A stretch of DNA of 64,000 nucleotides from Vicinamibacterales bacterium (GCA_050748045.1 JBOGIW010000612.1:14573-78572); one strand, 5' to 3'; counted from the first letter of the stretch, positions 54,390 through 64,000 are shown. The notes: generated by a model from the letters alone, not told the origin. Numbers and translations are program-made.

Positions 54390-57300
54390 ATGCCTACAGC
54401 GGATCTCGAATCTGTCTACGCGTTGTCTCCTCTGCAGGAGGGGATGCTGTTCCATGCGCTCTACCTGCCCGACGCCGGACTCGACGTCTCGCAGTCGGTG
54501 TGGATGCTCGACGGCAGATTGAACGTCGATGCGCTCAAACGCGCGTGGCGCACGACCCTCGCGCGACACGCCGTGCTGCGTACCTCCTTCCATTGGGAGG
54601 GTGTGCACAAGCCGATGCAGGCCGTGAGTCGCGAGGTGGATGCGCCGTGGATCGAAGACGACTGGCGGCGAGCCGGCGAAACCGAGCGGCTCCAGAAGCT
54701 CGACGCCTTTCTCGACGCCGATTTGAAGACCGCGTTTCATCTGAATCGCGCGCCGCTCGCCCGCCTGGCGCTCTTCCGCACTGGAGACGAGCGTCACCAG
54801 CTGGTGTTGACCACACATCACCTCGTGCTCGATGGCTGGTCGAAGCGGATCGTCCTCGGGGACCTGCTGCACTTCTATGACGCCGCATCGACGGGCCGCG
54901 GCGCGACGCTTCCTCCGGCTCCGCCCTTCAGTGAACACGTCCGCTGGCTCGCCTGCCAGGACCTCGGAAAGGCGGAAGCCTACTGGCGCCGCGTGCTGCA
55001 CGGCTGTCAAGCGACGCACATGGCGCCTCCGGCTCTCGCGGGCACGGGCGACCACCATGTATCGGAAGCCGTGGCAATCCTCTCCGATACAGACAGCACC
55101 CTCGTTCGAGAGGCCGCACGTCGCGAGCGGGTGACGATGAACACGCTCGCCCTTGGCGCGTATGCGCTGATGGTGTCCCGCCATGCGGGGGCGAACGAGG
55201 CGGTGTTCGGCACCGCCGTATCCGGCCGTCCTGCAGCGCTCCCCGATGTCGAGCGGCGTGTCGGTATGTTCGTCAACACCCTTCCGGTGCGCGTGGGCGT
55301 GCCGCCCGGCGATTGTGTGGGTGACTGGTTGCGCGCCCTACAGCGCAGCCAGGCAGAGGCACGCGAGTACGAGTACACGCCGCTCTCAGCGGTTCACGCC
55401 TGGTGCCGTGTTCCGTCGCGCGAGTCGCTGTTCGACACGGTGCTCGCGTTCCAGAACTATCCCGATTTGCTGCGCACATCGACGGGAATCCGGATGCGAC
55501 CGGACCGGTCGCGTCAGCGAACCACCTATCCGCTGGTGATCTTCGTCACGCCGTCGACGGCGATACACGTTAAGGCGCTGTACAAACCCGATCGGTTTAC
55601 CCGAGCGGCGGTCGACACGCTGCTGTCAGACTATACGCGACTGCTGCGCGAGGTGGCCGGCGGCAGCGATCGCGTGCTGGCGACCGTGCCGCACGCCGCC
55701 TGCACCGAACAGCGGGCGATCGAGCGATGGAACGCGACCGATCGCCCCCTCCCGCCGTGGCGAGGGCTCCACGACGTCGTCGCCGCGTGGGCCGAGCGCG
55801 ACCCGGCGCGCTGTGCGGTGATCGCGGGTGACGAGCGTCTCACCTACGCTGAGTTGTCGCGGCGGGCGGATCGGCTCGCGAGCCGGCTGCGGGTGTGTGG
55901 CGTCGGTCCTGAAGTTCGGGTGGCGGTGTGCGTCACCCACAGCATCGATGTCGCGGTCGTCCCGCTCGCGATCTGGAAGGCCGGCGGCGCCTACGTCCCG
56001 CTCGATCCCGAATACCCGGCCGATCGCATCCGGCTCATGCTGCAGGACTGCAGGCCTCGCCTCATCGTGACGCGCGACGCGTTCCGGCACTCGTTGCCAT
56101 CGGACCACGGTGCAGAGGTACTGAACCTCGATCACGACTCCTGGACGGTGAGCACGGAGGCGTCTGACCCACCCGCCAGCGCCCATGACATCGACAACCT
56201 GGCGTACATCATCTACACATCCGGATCGACCGGAGCGCCGAAAGGCGTCGCGGTCACACATCGTGGCCTCGTCAACGTTGCCGCCGCGCAGGCCGGCTTT
56301 GGCCTCACTCGCGACGACCGTGTGTTGCAGTCGTCATCACCGAGCTTCGACGGCTGCATCTTCAACGTGTCGCTGGCCTTTTCGGCTGGTGCGTCTCTCG
56401 CGCTCGCTCCCGATCGAGGGCGACCCTTCATCACGGAGCTGCTGCGGCTGCTGGTCGAAGGCCAGGTCACGGTGGCGGTGCTTTCGCCAACCGTTCTTTC
56501 CGCCGTGCCGAGAGAGCCGCTGCCGCACCTGCGCGTCGTGATGGCCGCCGGCGAGGAGTGCGCGCTGGAGCTTGCACGCTACTGGGCGCGGGGACGTATC
56601 TTCTGGAATCTCTACGGTCCGACGGAACAGACCATCTGGTCAACCGCACAACGGATCTCCGTCGACGCCGACGTTGCGCCAATCGGCGGCCCCATCGCGA
56701 ATACCCGCGCGTATGTGTTGGACGCAAACCTGCAACCGGTTGCAATCGGCAGGACGGGAGAGCTGTACCATTCCGGTGTCGGAACGGCGCGCGGCTATCA
56801 CGGACGTCCGGATCTGACGGCGGAGAGGTTCGTACCGAATCCGTTCAGCGCGTCCGGTGGTTCACGCTTGTACCGGACCGGCGACCGCGTGAAATGGCGC
56901 GCCGACGGCACCCTCCACTTCGTCGGACGCGCCGATCACCAGGTCAAGCTGCGCGGCTACCGAGTGGAGCTCGGCGAAGTCGAGACAGCGCTCCGCCGTC
57001 ACCCGATGGTGGAGGATGCCGTAGCCATCGTGCATGGACGCGACGGCGACGCCCAGCTCGTCGCCTACGTTGTCTGCCGGGAGGGTGCCTTCGAGATGGA
57101 CGACGTTCGGAGCTGGCTCGCCGGCCGTCTGCCGCACTACATGGTTCCAGGTATCGTGACGAGGCTCGCCGAATGGCCGCTGACCCCCAGCGGCAAGCTC
57201 GATCGCTCGAAGCTGCCGGATCCTCGCAGGCGGGCAGCGCCCCTCGAGAGCGGCGCCGGGGCGGAGACCGCGCTCGAGCGGGTGATCAGCGGCATTTGGT

Positions 57301-57605
57301 CCGAGATCCTCGGGGTCGACGCGGTTGGAGTCGACGGCAACTTCTTCGAGCTCGGCGGCAACTCGGTGCTGGCCATCCGCGTCTGCAGCAAGCTTCGCGA
57401 GCGGTGCGCGAGCGGGCTACCGCTGGTGACGCTCTTTCAGTACCCCACCATCCGATCGCTCGCGCGCCACCTAGGAGACGGCCGCGCGAGCGAAGGCACT
57501 GCCGTCACGTCAGACGATTCGGCAAGAGCGCGTGGCGGCATGCGACGAGCGCGGCGGATCGGCCGCCAGCGCGGAGCGATCGCGCGCGACGAGCGGGGCG
57601 CCTAA
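54390..57605 (+). CDS. NRPS module (D)C(L)-A-T with a basic C-terminal tail, no TE
   Basis: C: YALSPLQEGMLFHAL/HHLVLDGWS (the type that follows E domains). A: YTSGSTGAPKG; code approx DGFVMALIWK (unassigned). T: FFELGGNSV. ~45-aa Arg-rich tail. Confidence 0.95.
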   Translation: MPTADLESVYALSPLQEGMLFHALYLPDAGLDVSQSVWMLDGRLNVDALKRAWRTTLARHAVLRTSFHWEGVHKPMQAVSREVDAPWIEDDWRRAGETERLQKLDAFLDADLKTAFHLNRAPLARLALFRTGDERHQLVLTTHHLVLDGWSKRIVLGDLLHFYDAASTGRGATLPPAPPFSEHVRWLACQDLGKAEAYWRRVLHGCQATHMAPPALAGTGDHHVSEAVAILSDTDSTLVREAARRERVTMNTLALGAYALMVSRHAGANEAVFGTAVSGRPAALPDVERRVGMFVNTLPVRVGVPPGDCVGDWLRALQRSQAEAREYEYTPLSAVHAWCRVPSRESLFDTVLAFQNYPDLLRTSTGIRMRPDRSRQRTTYPLVIFVTPSTAIHVKALYKPDRFTRAAVDTLLSDYTRLLREVAGGSDRVLATVPHAACTEQRAIERWNATDRPLPPWRGLHDVVAAWAERDPARCAVIAGDERLTYAELSRRADRLASRLRVCGVGPEVRVAVCVTHSIDVAVVPLAIWKAGGAYVPLDPEYPADRIRLMLQDCRPRLIVTRDAFRHSLPSDHGAEVLNLDHDSWTVSTEASDPPASAHDIDNLAYIIYTSGSTGAPKGVAVTHRGLVNVAAAQAGFGLTRDDRVLQSSSPSFDGCIFNVSLAFSAGASLALAPDRGRPFITELLRLLVEGQVTVAVLSPTVLSAVPREPLPHLRVVMAAGEECALELARYWARGRIFWNLYGPTEQTIWSTAQRISVDADVAPIGGPIANTRAYVLDANLQPVAIGRTGELYHSGVGTARGYHGRPDLTAERFVPNPFSASGGSRLYRTGDRVKWRADGTLHFVGRADHQVKLRGYRVELGEVETALRRHPMVEDAVAIVHGRDGDAQLVAYVVCREGAFEMDDVRSWLAGRLPHYMVPGIVTRLAEWPLTPSGKLDRSKLPDPRRRAAPLESGAGAETALERVISGIWSEILGVDAVGVDGNFFELGGNSVLAIRVCSKLRERCASGLPLVTLFQYPTIRSLARHLGDGRASEGTAVTSDDSARARGGMRRARRIGRQRGAIARDERGA

Positions 57606-57694
57606 GATGCTCTGACGAGCGGCGCGCAATGCGTGTGTGGGCCCACGAGCATGCCGCCACCACGATCCATTCGGGCGGGACTTGTCTACGGTAC

Positions 57695-57795
57695 TCATTC
57701 GATCGCGTTGGCACACGCGATCAAGAGGACACAACCAACGGCAGCCAACATCAGCAGCAGCGTGGTACTCGCAATTTCGACGACACACGACGGAG
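57695..57795 (-). pseudogene. Fragment of an FtsX/ADOP-type permease gene (TM-helix motif only)
   Basis: The - strand reads ..VVEIASTTLLLMLAAVGCVLLIACANAIE*. This aligns with ..GDVGTVLWVLMATIGVVLLIACANVANLLL of the intact ADOP gene next door. It breaks off right after ACAN and lacks the ~270 aa that should precede it. Confidence 0.55.
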
Positions 57796-57902
57796 CACCG
57801 CGTGCGTGTCCGTGGTCGCATTCGGCGGCCTGAACTGGGCTCTCGATGACGCCGCCGGGCCGGTGCTTCGACTCGAGCCCACGCAGGAATCTCCCACGTC
57901 CC

Positions 57903-57920
57903 GCTGTCATTCATGACAGC
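57903..57920. terminator. Palindromic hairpin just downstream of the ADOP stop (weak, no U-tract)
   Basis: GCTGTCAT-tc-ATGACAGC read directly. It lies in the convergent gap between the NRPS and ADOP genes. Confidence 0.25.
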
Positions 57921-57929
57921 GTCGACCCG

Positions 57930-60374
57930 CTACTCGGACCGGAGCGCTTCGACTGGATCGATGGACGTTGCTCTCAGCGCGGGAAGATAGCTCGCAACCA
58001 TCGTCGCGGCCAGCAAGCTGACGGCGACTCCGGCGTACGTGACCGGATCGACCGGGCTGACGTTGAAGAGCAGCGACACCATCAATCGCGTTGCCGCGAA
58101 GGCGGCGGCGAGTCCACACACGATTCCAACAACGGCCAATCTCACACCATGAGCGACGAACATGCGTGTCACTTCGCGGTGCTTTGCCCCGAGCGCTAGG
58201 CGGATGCCGATCTCTCGAGTGCGCTGCGATACGGAGTACGAGATCACGCCGTATATTCCCGCGATGCCGAGGAGCAGCGCCATCGCTCCGGCGAGAGCAA
58301 GCATCACTAGCGTGAAAGAGGTGCGCGCCATCGATCGGTTGTAGATCTCCTGAAGCGTCTGCACGCTGGCGAGCGCGAGGTTGGGGTTCACAGACCAGAC
58401 AGCTTGACTGACCGCGTTGAAGAACGTTTCGGACCCGACGCGGCTACTTCTGATCACATACGAGACCGATCGTGGGACAAATGGTCCATCGCCCATCACA
58501 TCGTCCATCAGGATTGGCCAGTACACCATCGTTGGCGGCTCCTGGTTCACGCCAAGGTCGCGACTATCGCTCACGACTGCGACGACTTCGCGCCATGGTC
58601 CCTTGACGGGACGAATTCGCTTACCGAGTGCTGCGGAAGGTGTGCGCCAGAGCTCACGCGCCAGGCGTTCCGACACCATTGCAAGAGGCCGCTTTTCGTA
58701 GGTATCCGTCCAGGTGAAGTCGCGGCCGATCACGAGCGGCCGGCCGAGCGCCGCCAGCAAACCTGGCGTGATGAACCTAAAGGAGCGAGCTGGCGGTACC
58801 TGTGACTCGCCGTAGGCGTGATCCTCCGCAAAAAGAGGATCGCTCCAGTCATTCCCGTCCATGGGAAGCGAAGACATGAGCCCCACCGGCTTCACGCCGG
58901 CGATGGCTCCCACCCTTTCAGCGATCGCTTCTTGCATGCGCACCACCGCGATCGGATCGCGGACCTGCGACTGCGGAATCGAAATACGAAGCGTCAGGAC
59001 TTCTTCAGGGCGGGTGAACCCTGGGTTCACGTCCCTCAGCGCCTGAAAAGTCCGAATCATGAGGGAAGAGCTGACGAGCAGTACCAGTGCGAGGGCAACC
59101 TGCACGACCGCCAGCGCGCTTCTCGCCCGCGACCGCTCACGGCTCGCACCGCGGCCTCCGGCGCGCAAGGCCGTGGCCACTCGCGGTCCGGCATACTTGA
59201 CCACCGGAATCGCTCCAAACAAGAGGCCCGCTGCGATCGAGATCGCGAGGGTAAAGAGAAGGACTGTCGCGTCGATCGAAATCTCCTGAAGGCGGGGGAG
59301 ATTGCCAGGCGCCAGCGCGAGCAGCACGCGCAACGCGCCGTACGCGAGCACCACACCCAGCACTCCGCCAAGCAATCCGAGAACCACGCTTTCCGCCAGC
59401 AGCTCCCGCGCAACACGCGACCAGCTCGCCCCGAGCGCCGCGCGAATCGCAAGCTCCTGCTGGCGCCCTTCGGCACGGACCAGCAGCAGGTTGGCAACGT
59501 TCGCGCACGCAATCAGCAGCACCACACCAATCGTTGCCATCAGTACCCACAACACCGTGCCGACGTCGCCAATCAAGTGCTCCTTGAGCCCGCGCGAGGT
59601 GGCCGTGATTCGCGCTTCCTCGAACATCTTGACTGTTACGCCGGGGAACGGTGGAAAGCGTTGCAGTGCCACGGGTATCAAACGAGCAAATTCCGCATTG
59701 GCCCGTTCGACGGTGACGCCCGGCCTCAACCGCGCCATTCCGGCGTAACTGGAGCCACCGAGCAGCGTCCGACTGCGGTCGATCCGCATCGGCAGGACCA
59801 ATGCAGGTCGAAGGTCGAGGAAGCGGAAGCTCTCAGGCAAGACACCAATGATGTCAACGAGTTCGCCGTCGACGAGGAGCCGCTGGCCGAGGACTGAGGG
59901 ATTCGCGCCGAACGTCGTCTTCCAATAGCCAGCGGAGAGAATCACCGTGCGTGGGCTCCGCGGGTCATCGTCCTGGGCGGAGAAGAGTCGGCCGATGAGC
60001 GCCTGCGCACCAAGCATCGGCAGCACCCGGTCGGACACCTGAAGCACGGATACTTCTTCCGGCGTTGCAACCCCGGTCACGGTTCTTGTGCCCCGCCTCC
60101 AGATCCCGATGTCGCCAATCGTTCGAGCTTGCTCGCGGTAGGTGAAGTACAGGAATCCGAACAAACCGGCGTGCTCGATGTTTACGCCAGGCGCGGCATG
60201 GTCCACCGCAATCAGCTCGTGCGCGTTCGGATAGGGCAGAGGTGTGAGCAGGATTCCCTGGACCACGCTGAACATCGCCGTGTTGGCGCCGACGCCGATA
60301 GCCAGCGTGGCGATCGTGACGATGGTGAAGGTCGGGAGCTGCAGAAGACGTCGCAGAATCTGTCGGAGTCGCAT
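57930..60374 (-). CDS. ADOP-family duplicated MacB/FtsX-type ABC permease
   Basis: MRLRQILRRLLQLPTFTIVTIATLAIGVGANTAMFSV. Two MacB_PCD/FtsX halves with VLLIACANVANLLLVRAEGRQQELAIRAALGA and SQRTREIGIRLALGA. Confidence 0.9.
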   Translation of the reverse strand: MRLRQILRRLLQLPTFTIVTIATLAIGVGANTAMFSVVQGILLTPLPYPNAHELIAVDHAAPGVNIEHAGLFGFLYFTYREQARTIGDIGIWRRGTRTVTGVATPEEVSVLQVSDRVLPMLGAQALIGRLFSAQDDDPRSPRTVILSAGYWKTTFGANPSVLGQRLLVDGELVDIIGVLPESFRFLDLRPALVLPMRIDRSRTLLGGSSYAGMARLRPGVTVERANAEFARLIPVALQRFPPFPGVTVKMFEEARITATSRGLKEHLIGDVGTVLWVLMATIGVVLLIACANVANLLLVRAEGRQQELAIRAALGASWSRVARELLAESVVLGLLGGVLGVVLAYGALRVLLALAPGNLPRLQEISIDATVLLFTLAISIAAGLLFGAIPVVKYAGPRVATALRAGGRGASRERSRARSALAVVQVALALVLLVSSSLMIRTFQALRDVNPGFTRPEEVLTLRISIPQSQVRDPIAVVRMQEAIAERVGAIAGVKPVGLMSSLPMDGNDWSDPLFAEDHAYGESQVPPARSFRFITPGLLAALGRPLVIGRDFTWTDTYEKRPLAMVSERLARELWRTPSAALGKRIRPVKGPWREVVAVVSDSRDLGVNQEPPTMVYWPILMDDVMGDGPFVPRSVSYVIRSSRVGSETFFNAVSQAVWSVNPNLALASVQTLQEIYNRSMARTSFTLVMLALAGAMALLLGIAGIYGVISYSVSQRTREIGIRLALGAKHREVTRMFVAHGVRLAVVGIVCGLAAAFAATRLMVSLLFNVSPVDPVTYAGVAVSLLAATMVASYLPALRATSIDPVEALRSE

Positions 60375-60552
60375 TGGGCGTACCTACACAACCGATCTGT
60401 TCTCAGTGTCGTTGACGGATTAGTGGCGAAGCGACGCCGATCGAGCGCGACAACTTACTGCCAAGTACGCGTCGAGCGGCGCGGCGCCGACCGCCGCGCG
60501 AGTCACGCGACCCTACGGCAGCAGTCAAGCGAACACGTCGCCAGACGGATGG

Positions 60553-60972
60553 TCAAGTGCCTTGAACAGCATTTTCTTCCAATCGCACGCCAATCGTCCC
60601 GTTGGCGTGGGCGGTGGTGGATAGACGCACGGCGAAGCGCAGTTTCATCGATTGACTCTGCAACCAGTCGACGATCGCGAGAGAGATTGTGCTGTTCCGA
60701 TGCTCGTCAGTTCGCCCGACGCTTCTGAAAACATTGTAAGGGATTCGGATCGTCCCGGTCTGCACGTACGGATGCCGCTGGCGCAAAACACGAACGTGCG
60801 CGACGAATTCGCCCCGCTCGATGCGCTGCACGTCGTCTTGCAGAACCGCGTAATCCCGGGCGTCGCGGCCTTTGTAAACGCCGGAGAGGACGATTGAGAC
60901 GGGGCGCTCTCTGGCTCGCGCCAGCGGCATCCGCGCGGTTCTGGCGGGCAACACATGAATCCTTCGAAGCAT
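60553..60972 (-). CDS. Hypothetical protein (no family recognised)
   Basis: Open frame MLRRIHVLPARTARMPL...GVRLEENAVQGT. Third-position G/C is clearly lower than in the cluster genes, so this is either foreign or non-coding. Confidence 0.3.
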   Translation of the reverse strand: MLRRIHVLPARTARMPLARARERPVSIVLSGVYKGRDARDYAVLQDDVQRIERGEFVAHVRVLRQRHPYVQTGTIRIPYNVFRSVGRTDEHRNSTISLAIVDWLQSQSMKLRFAVRLSTTAHANGTIGVRLEENAVQGT

Positions 60973-61417
60973 ACGCCACCCCTCAAGTGACTTGACGCGA
61001 ACTCGCACGGCGCCGCACAAGCGCCGCTTTGAATTTCAGCGCGTACCAACAGAAATGCAGCGGCGTACAGCGCGAGAAGGCCGAGTGCGGCAATCGCGGA
61101 TCGGCGAATCACGTCCAACGCGTCGTCGCCATCGAGCCAGGGCTGGTGTAATCGCAGCGGCTGCCGCGCGGGCCGCGTCCAGCCGTACAATCGCATTCAA
61201 CCGATTCGATGCGACGCTGGACGCGTCCATCGTGCACGCGAGGTCCACTCCGGCGTCACGCCGGCAGCGGCAGCAGCTCCGGCAGGAGTTTCCATGGAGC
61301 AAGTGAGCATCAGGTCTCACAGCCATCGATCGTCCGTCTCGGACGCGTGATCGCCAGGAGTGGTTTGGCTCAGCTCCATGCAGAGCGCCTGAGGCACCTT
61401 TCCGGTGCCGTGCGCGA

Positions 61418-62083
61418 TCATGTCTCGGCCCAGAGCCTCACGAGGTTTCCGAGGGTTTTTTCAAGGAGCAGCCGCGGCTCGCCGCCCTCGGGCACCACCG
61501 ACCGCAAGCGGACTAAGTCATATACGATCTCGCGCTGGTCCTCTCGCCGCAAAACGCTCTGTACCCAGCCGACGCAGACATACCGCTCGCCGCGCGTGAC
61601 CGGTGATACACAATGCGGCACTCGGGTCGAGTAGACGATGGCGCTGCCCGCTTCAAGCTTTACGGTCCGGTTCTCCCCTGCCATGTCCAGGTGCAGCTCG
61701 CCGCCATCGTACGAATCGGGATCAGACAGATAGAGCGTGAACGACAAGTCCGACCGCACGAGCCCACGATCATCCTGCATCACGGGGAAGTCCACATGCA
61801 TTCCGTAGCCATTTCCCGGAACGTACCGCGCAAATCGCATCTTGGTCCACCGACTGGGGCGAGCGTATACCGGGAAGGTCGGGTGCCGCATCAGTGCGGT
61901 CTTCACGAGGCTTGTCAGATCCAGCGCAGTGGGATCATCGAAGTCGATTTGGCCGTTCGCCTTCTTGCCCACAGTACCGGCACCTTTTCCGCGGAGCTGG
62001 CCGTCAATGAACGGAGCTTCTGCCAGCGCGGCGCGGACGTGCGCCAACTCGTCGGACGTCAACACGCGATCGATTGCGATCAT
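61418..62083 (-). CDS. PiuC/YbiX-type Fe(II)/2-oxoglutarate-dependent hydroxylase (PKHD-type)
   Basis: MIAIDRVLTSDELAHVRAAL..FIDG.., YVPGNGYGMHVDF (HxD), SFTLYLSDPDSYDGGEL, VYSTRVPHCVSPVTRGERYVCVGWVQS. GGAGG 7 nt upstream of ATG 62083. Confidence 0.85.
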   Translation of the reverse strand: MIAIDRVLTSDELAHVRAALAEAPFIDGQLRGKGAGTVGKKANGQIDFDDPTALDLTSLVKTALMRHPTFPVYARPSRWTKMRFARYVPGNGYGMHVDFPVMQDDRGLVRSDLSFTLYLSDPDSYDGGELHLDMAGENRTVKLEAGSAIVYSTRVPHCVSPVTRGERYVCVGWVQSVLRREDQREIVYDLVRLRSVVPEGGEPRLLLEKTLGNLVRLWAET

Positions 62084-62822
62084 GAGCTTACCTCCAGAGA
62101 CTGCTCGGCTTCCGATCGACAGCGGCAAACGGCCTCTTGAACCACCTCACGAGCAACTGACCCAACGCTTCGTGAATTGGTGTCCTCGTTCCGGGAATTG
62201 CCGGCGCTCGGTGAATAGACCGGTCTGCGACGAGGCCAAGACCGCCATTCACGCCCAGTGCCTCGCGGTCGCGAACTGCGGTGGCGGAACGCATAGGGCC
62301 ATCTATCAAGTCGCACATCGTCCGCGGGACACGGCGAAATCAACGGCGATGCGGTTCGGGTGAGAGCAGGCAACACATCAGGCAGCGGGAATGACACGCT
62401 TCCGCCGTTGGTGGCCCGAATGGCCGATGTGGTGAGGACACCAATATTCGCAGACGCGCCCAGAGACTGCCGCCGGTCTGCAGCGCCGCGTCTAAGCTAT
62501 CCCCTTCGCGCGAACCGGGCAATCAACCATTGGAGCGGTTGATGGTGTAGTTCCAGAGCTCGTGACCGCCTCCCAGCGTTTCAGCAGCGACCGAGAGCAA
62601 TGATGAAGATCCGATGCCTCAATGACTTACGGCGCCGAAGCGACCTCACATCGATCAGAGTCGACTTCGTGGCAACCGCATCTGTCGAAGGGATTAGCAG
62701 ATCATTGACATTGGGACCTGGCACGGTCCCGATCTTTCCCGTGCTGATTTCATCGCAACCGCCGGCTCCACGAACGCTGATCGCACAGCATCGACATCCA
62801 CAAGTCGTCCATGAGCACTCGT

Positions 62823-63815
62823 CTATCTTGCGGCCCCTGCCCATCGGCGCTGCATCCCGCGTACGGCCTGAATCCCATCGGCTTCCGAGGGCCTGATCTG
62901 ATGACCCGTTAACTTGACGAATGCATCTTCGAGTGTGGGCCGATTGAAGTGCACGCTGTGCACGTGAATCGATGGACTGTTGGCCCGCAGCGCTTCCATC
63001 ATCTGTGGGATGACCGATTCGCGTCGGTTGTTTCGATGATCACCTCGCCGCCTGGCGCGAGACGAGCCTTGCTTCCTCGCACCCGCGTCAAACAACTCAC
63101 AGCGCGATCGTTGTCGGAGGTCACGACCGCAACGACGTCCCCGCCTGCCAGCGCCTTCAGACCCTGCGGCGTATCGAGGGCGGCGAGGCGACCCCGGTCG
63201 ATCACGGCGATGCGATCACAGTGCTCGGCCTCTTCCATATAGTGAGTCGTCATGAACATCGTGATCCCCTGCTGCCGCCGCAGCTCGAGGAGATACTGCC
63301 AGATATGCCTTCGTGTCTGCGGGTCCAGGCCGATGGTCGGTTCATCCAGAAACAGGACCGGGGGACGATGCAGGAGGCCCCGCGCGATCTCCAGTCGACG
63401 TTTCATCCCGCCCGAATACATGCGAGTAGGCGCGTGGGCCTTGTCAGCCAGGTCCAGCAGGGCAAGCAGCTCGTCGGCCCGCGGACCGAAATCGCTGCGA
63501 GGTACGTCGTAGAGCATCGCGTGGAACCGCAAGTTCTCCAGAGCGGTGAACCGGTCGTCAAGGCACGGATCCTGGAAGATGATGCCGATCGATTGGCGGA
63601 TCCGATCGGGGTGTCGTCGAAGACCGTGGCCGTTGATCACCGCCGTGCCTGACGTCGGCCGCAACATCGTGCAGAGCATGTTGATCGTCGTCGTCTTTCC
63701 CGCGCCGTTCGGGCCGAGAAAGCCAAAGACCTCTCCCGGAGCGACGGCGAAGTCGATGTCGTCGACAGCGATCACCGTGCCGAACGAACGCCCCAGTCCT
63801 CGAGATCAGTGACAA
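62823..63815 (-). pseudogene. DrrA/ABC-2-type ABC transporter ATP-binding gene, disrupted at both ends (frameshifts) and without a partner permease
   Basis: The core frame (62999..63775) has GPNGAGKTT, YSGGMKRRLEIA, VLFLDEPTIGLD and TTHYMEEAE. The expected C-terminus (ESVIPQMMEALRANSPSIHVHSVHFNRPTLEDAFVKLTG) is in another frame (62823..63095). The expected N-terminus (..SRGLGRSFGTV) is cut by an in-frame TGA at 63806-63808. Confidence 0.7.
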
Positions 63816-64000
63816 AGAAGGTATCTGCAGTCACCTGGCGGCAGTGACGAAGGCCGTCCAGGACGCACATCGGATTGTGTGGGAGCTAACGTCCGCGCTC
63901 GACACGACTGTCGGGCCGAAGACCCGTGCCGTTGGCTGCTGAGGAATCCGCCTCCGCTGATCTCTCTCGCGGCATCCCACAGACACGGTGGAAGCGTATG

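Noticed and set aside
61394-61410. GGCACC-tttcc-GGTGCC hairpin downstream of the PiuC-like gene as a terminator
   Set aside because: The stem is only 6 bp and no U-run follows on the transcribed (-) strand. Too weak to call.
61036-61634. Several overlapping 90-180-aa ORFs on both strands between the hypothetical gene and the PiuC-like gene (for example 60645..61196 -, 61209..61634 +)
   Set aside because: They are mutually exclusive and show no motifs, no RBS and low-complexity Arg/Ser/Ala translations. One short TM-like stretch (AIAALGLLALYAAAFLLV) is not enough to call a gene.
1-64000. Search by eye for tRNA/rRNA genes, CRISPR repeat-spacer arrays, IS elements/transposases, integrases and long direct or inverted repeats
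   Set aside because: None was recognised. The only repeated sequences seen are the paralogous NRPS domain cores and the two motif pairs reported as findings. A computational repeat or tRNA scan would be needed to exclude small elements.

Overview
Very GC-rich window. The ADOP-type permease and the overall composition suggest Acidobacteriota or Gemmatimonadota, but that is inference only. Bases ~278-57605 form one strictly co-directional (+ strand) secondary-metabolite supercluster with short gaps and many overlapping stop/start codons. It interleaves two biosynthetic logics that are normally separate.

(i) RiPP hardware:
- a complete NHLM/NHLP-type export set (TolC-like, HlyD-like, C39-peptidase ABC transporter, second ABC ATPase);
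- a 61-aa double-glycine-leader peptide gene whose core is only 9 residues (LDWSQMLLP);
- a PoyB/C-type B12/radical-SAM 'RiPP maturation' enzyme;
- a small LanB-like (PEARL-like) protein with no elimination domain.

(ii) An NRPS/PKS assembly line:
- MbtH and a type II thioesterase;
- six in-line NRPS modules including E and TE domains;
- a MycA-like beta-amino-acid loading system split over three distant genes (acid-activating A-T, KS-AT, ACP-aminotransferase-C-A-T);
- two adenylation domains interrupted by unusual methyltransferases;
- an HPPD/HmaS-like dioxygenase and an aminotransferase.

A purF copy and a formamidase sit inside the NRPS operon. From 57.6 kb onward the genes are on the - strand, in visibly less GC-rich and partly decayed DNA: an intact ADOP permease, an ADOP fragment, a PiuC-like hydroxylase and a frameshifted ABC ATPase. 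I recognised no tRNA, rRNA, CRISPR array or transposase.

All family assignments come from reading motifs by eye. No database search, HMM or folding calculation was possible. Start codons and domain borders are approximate.
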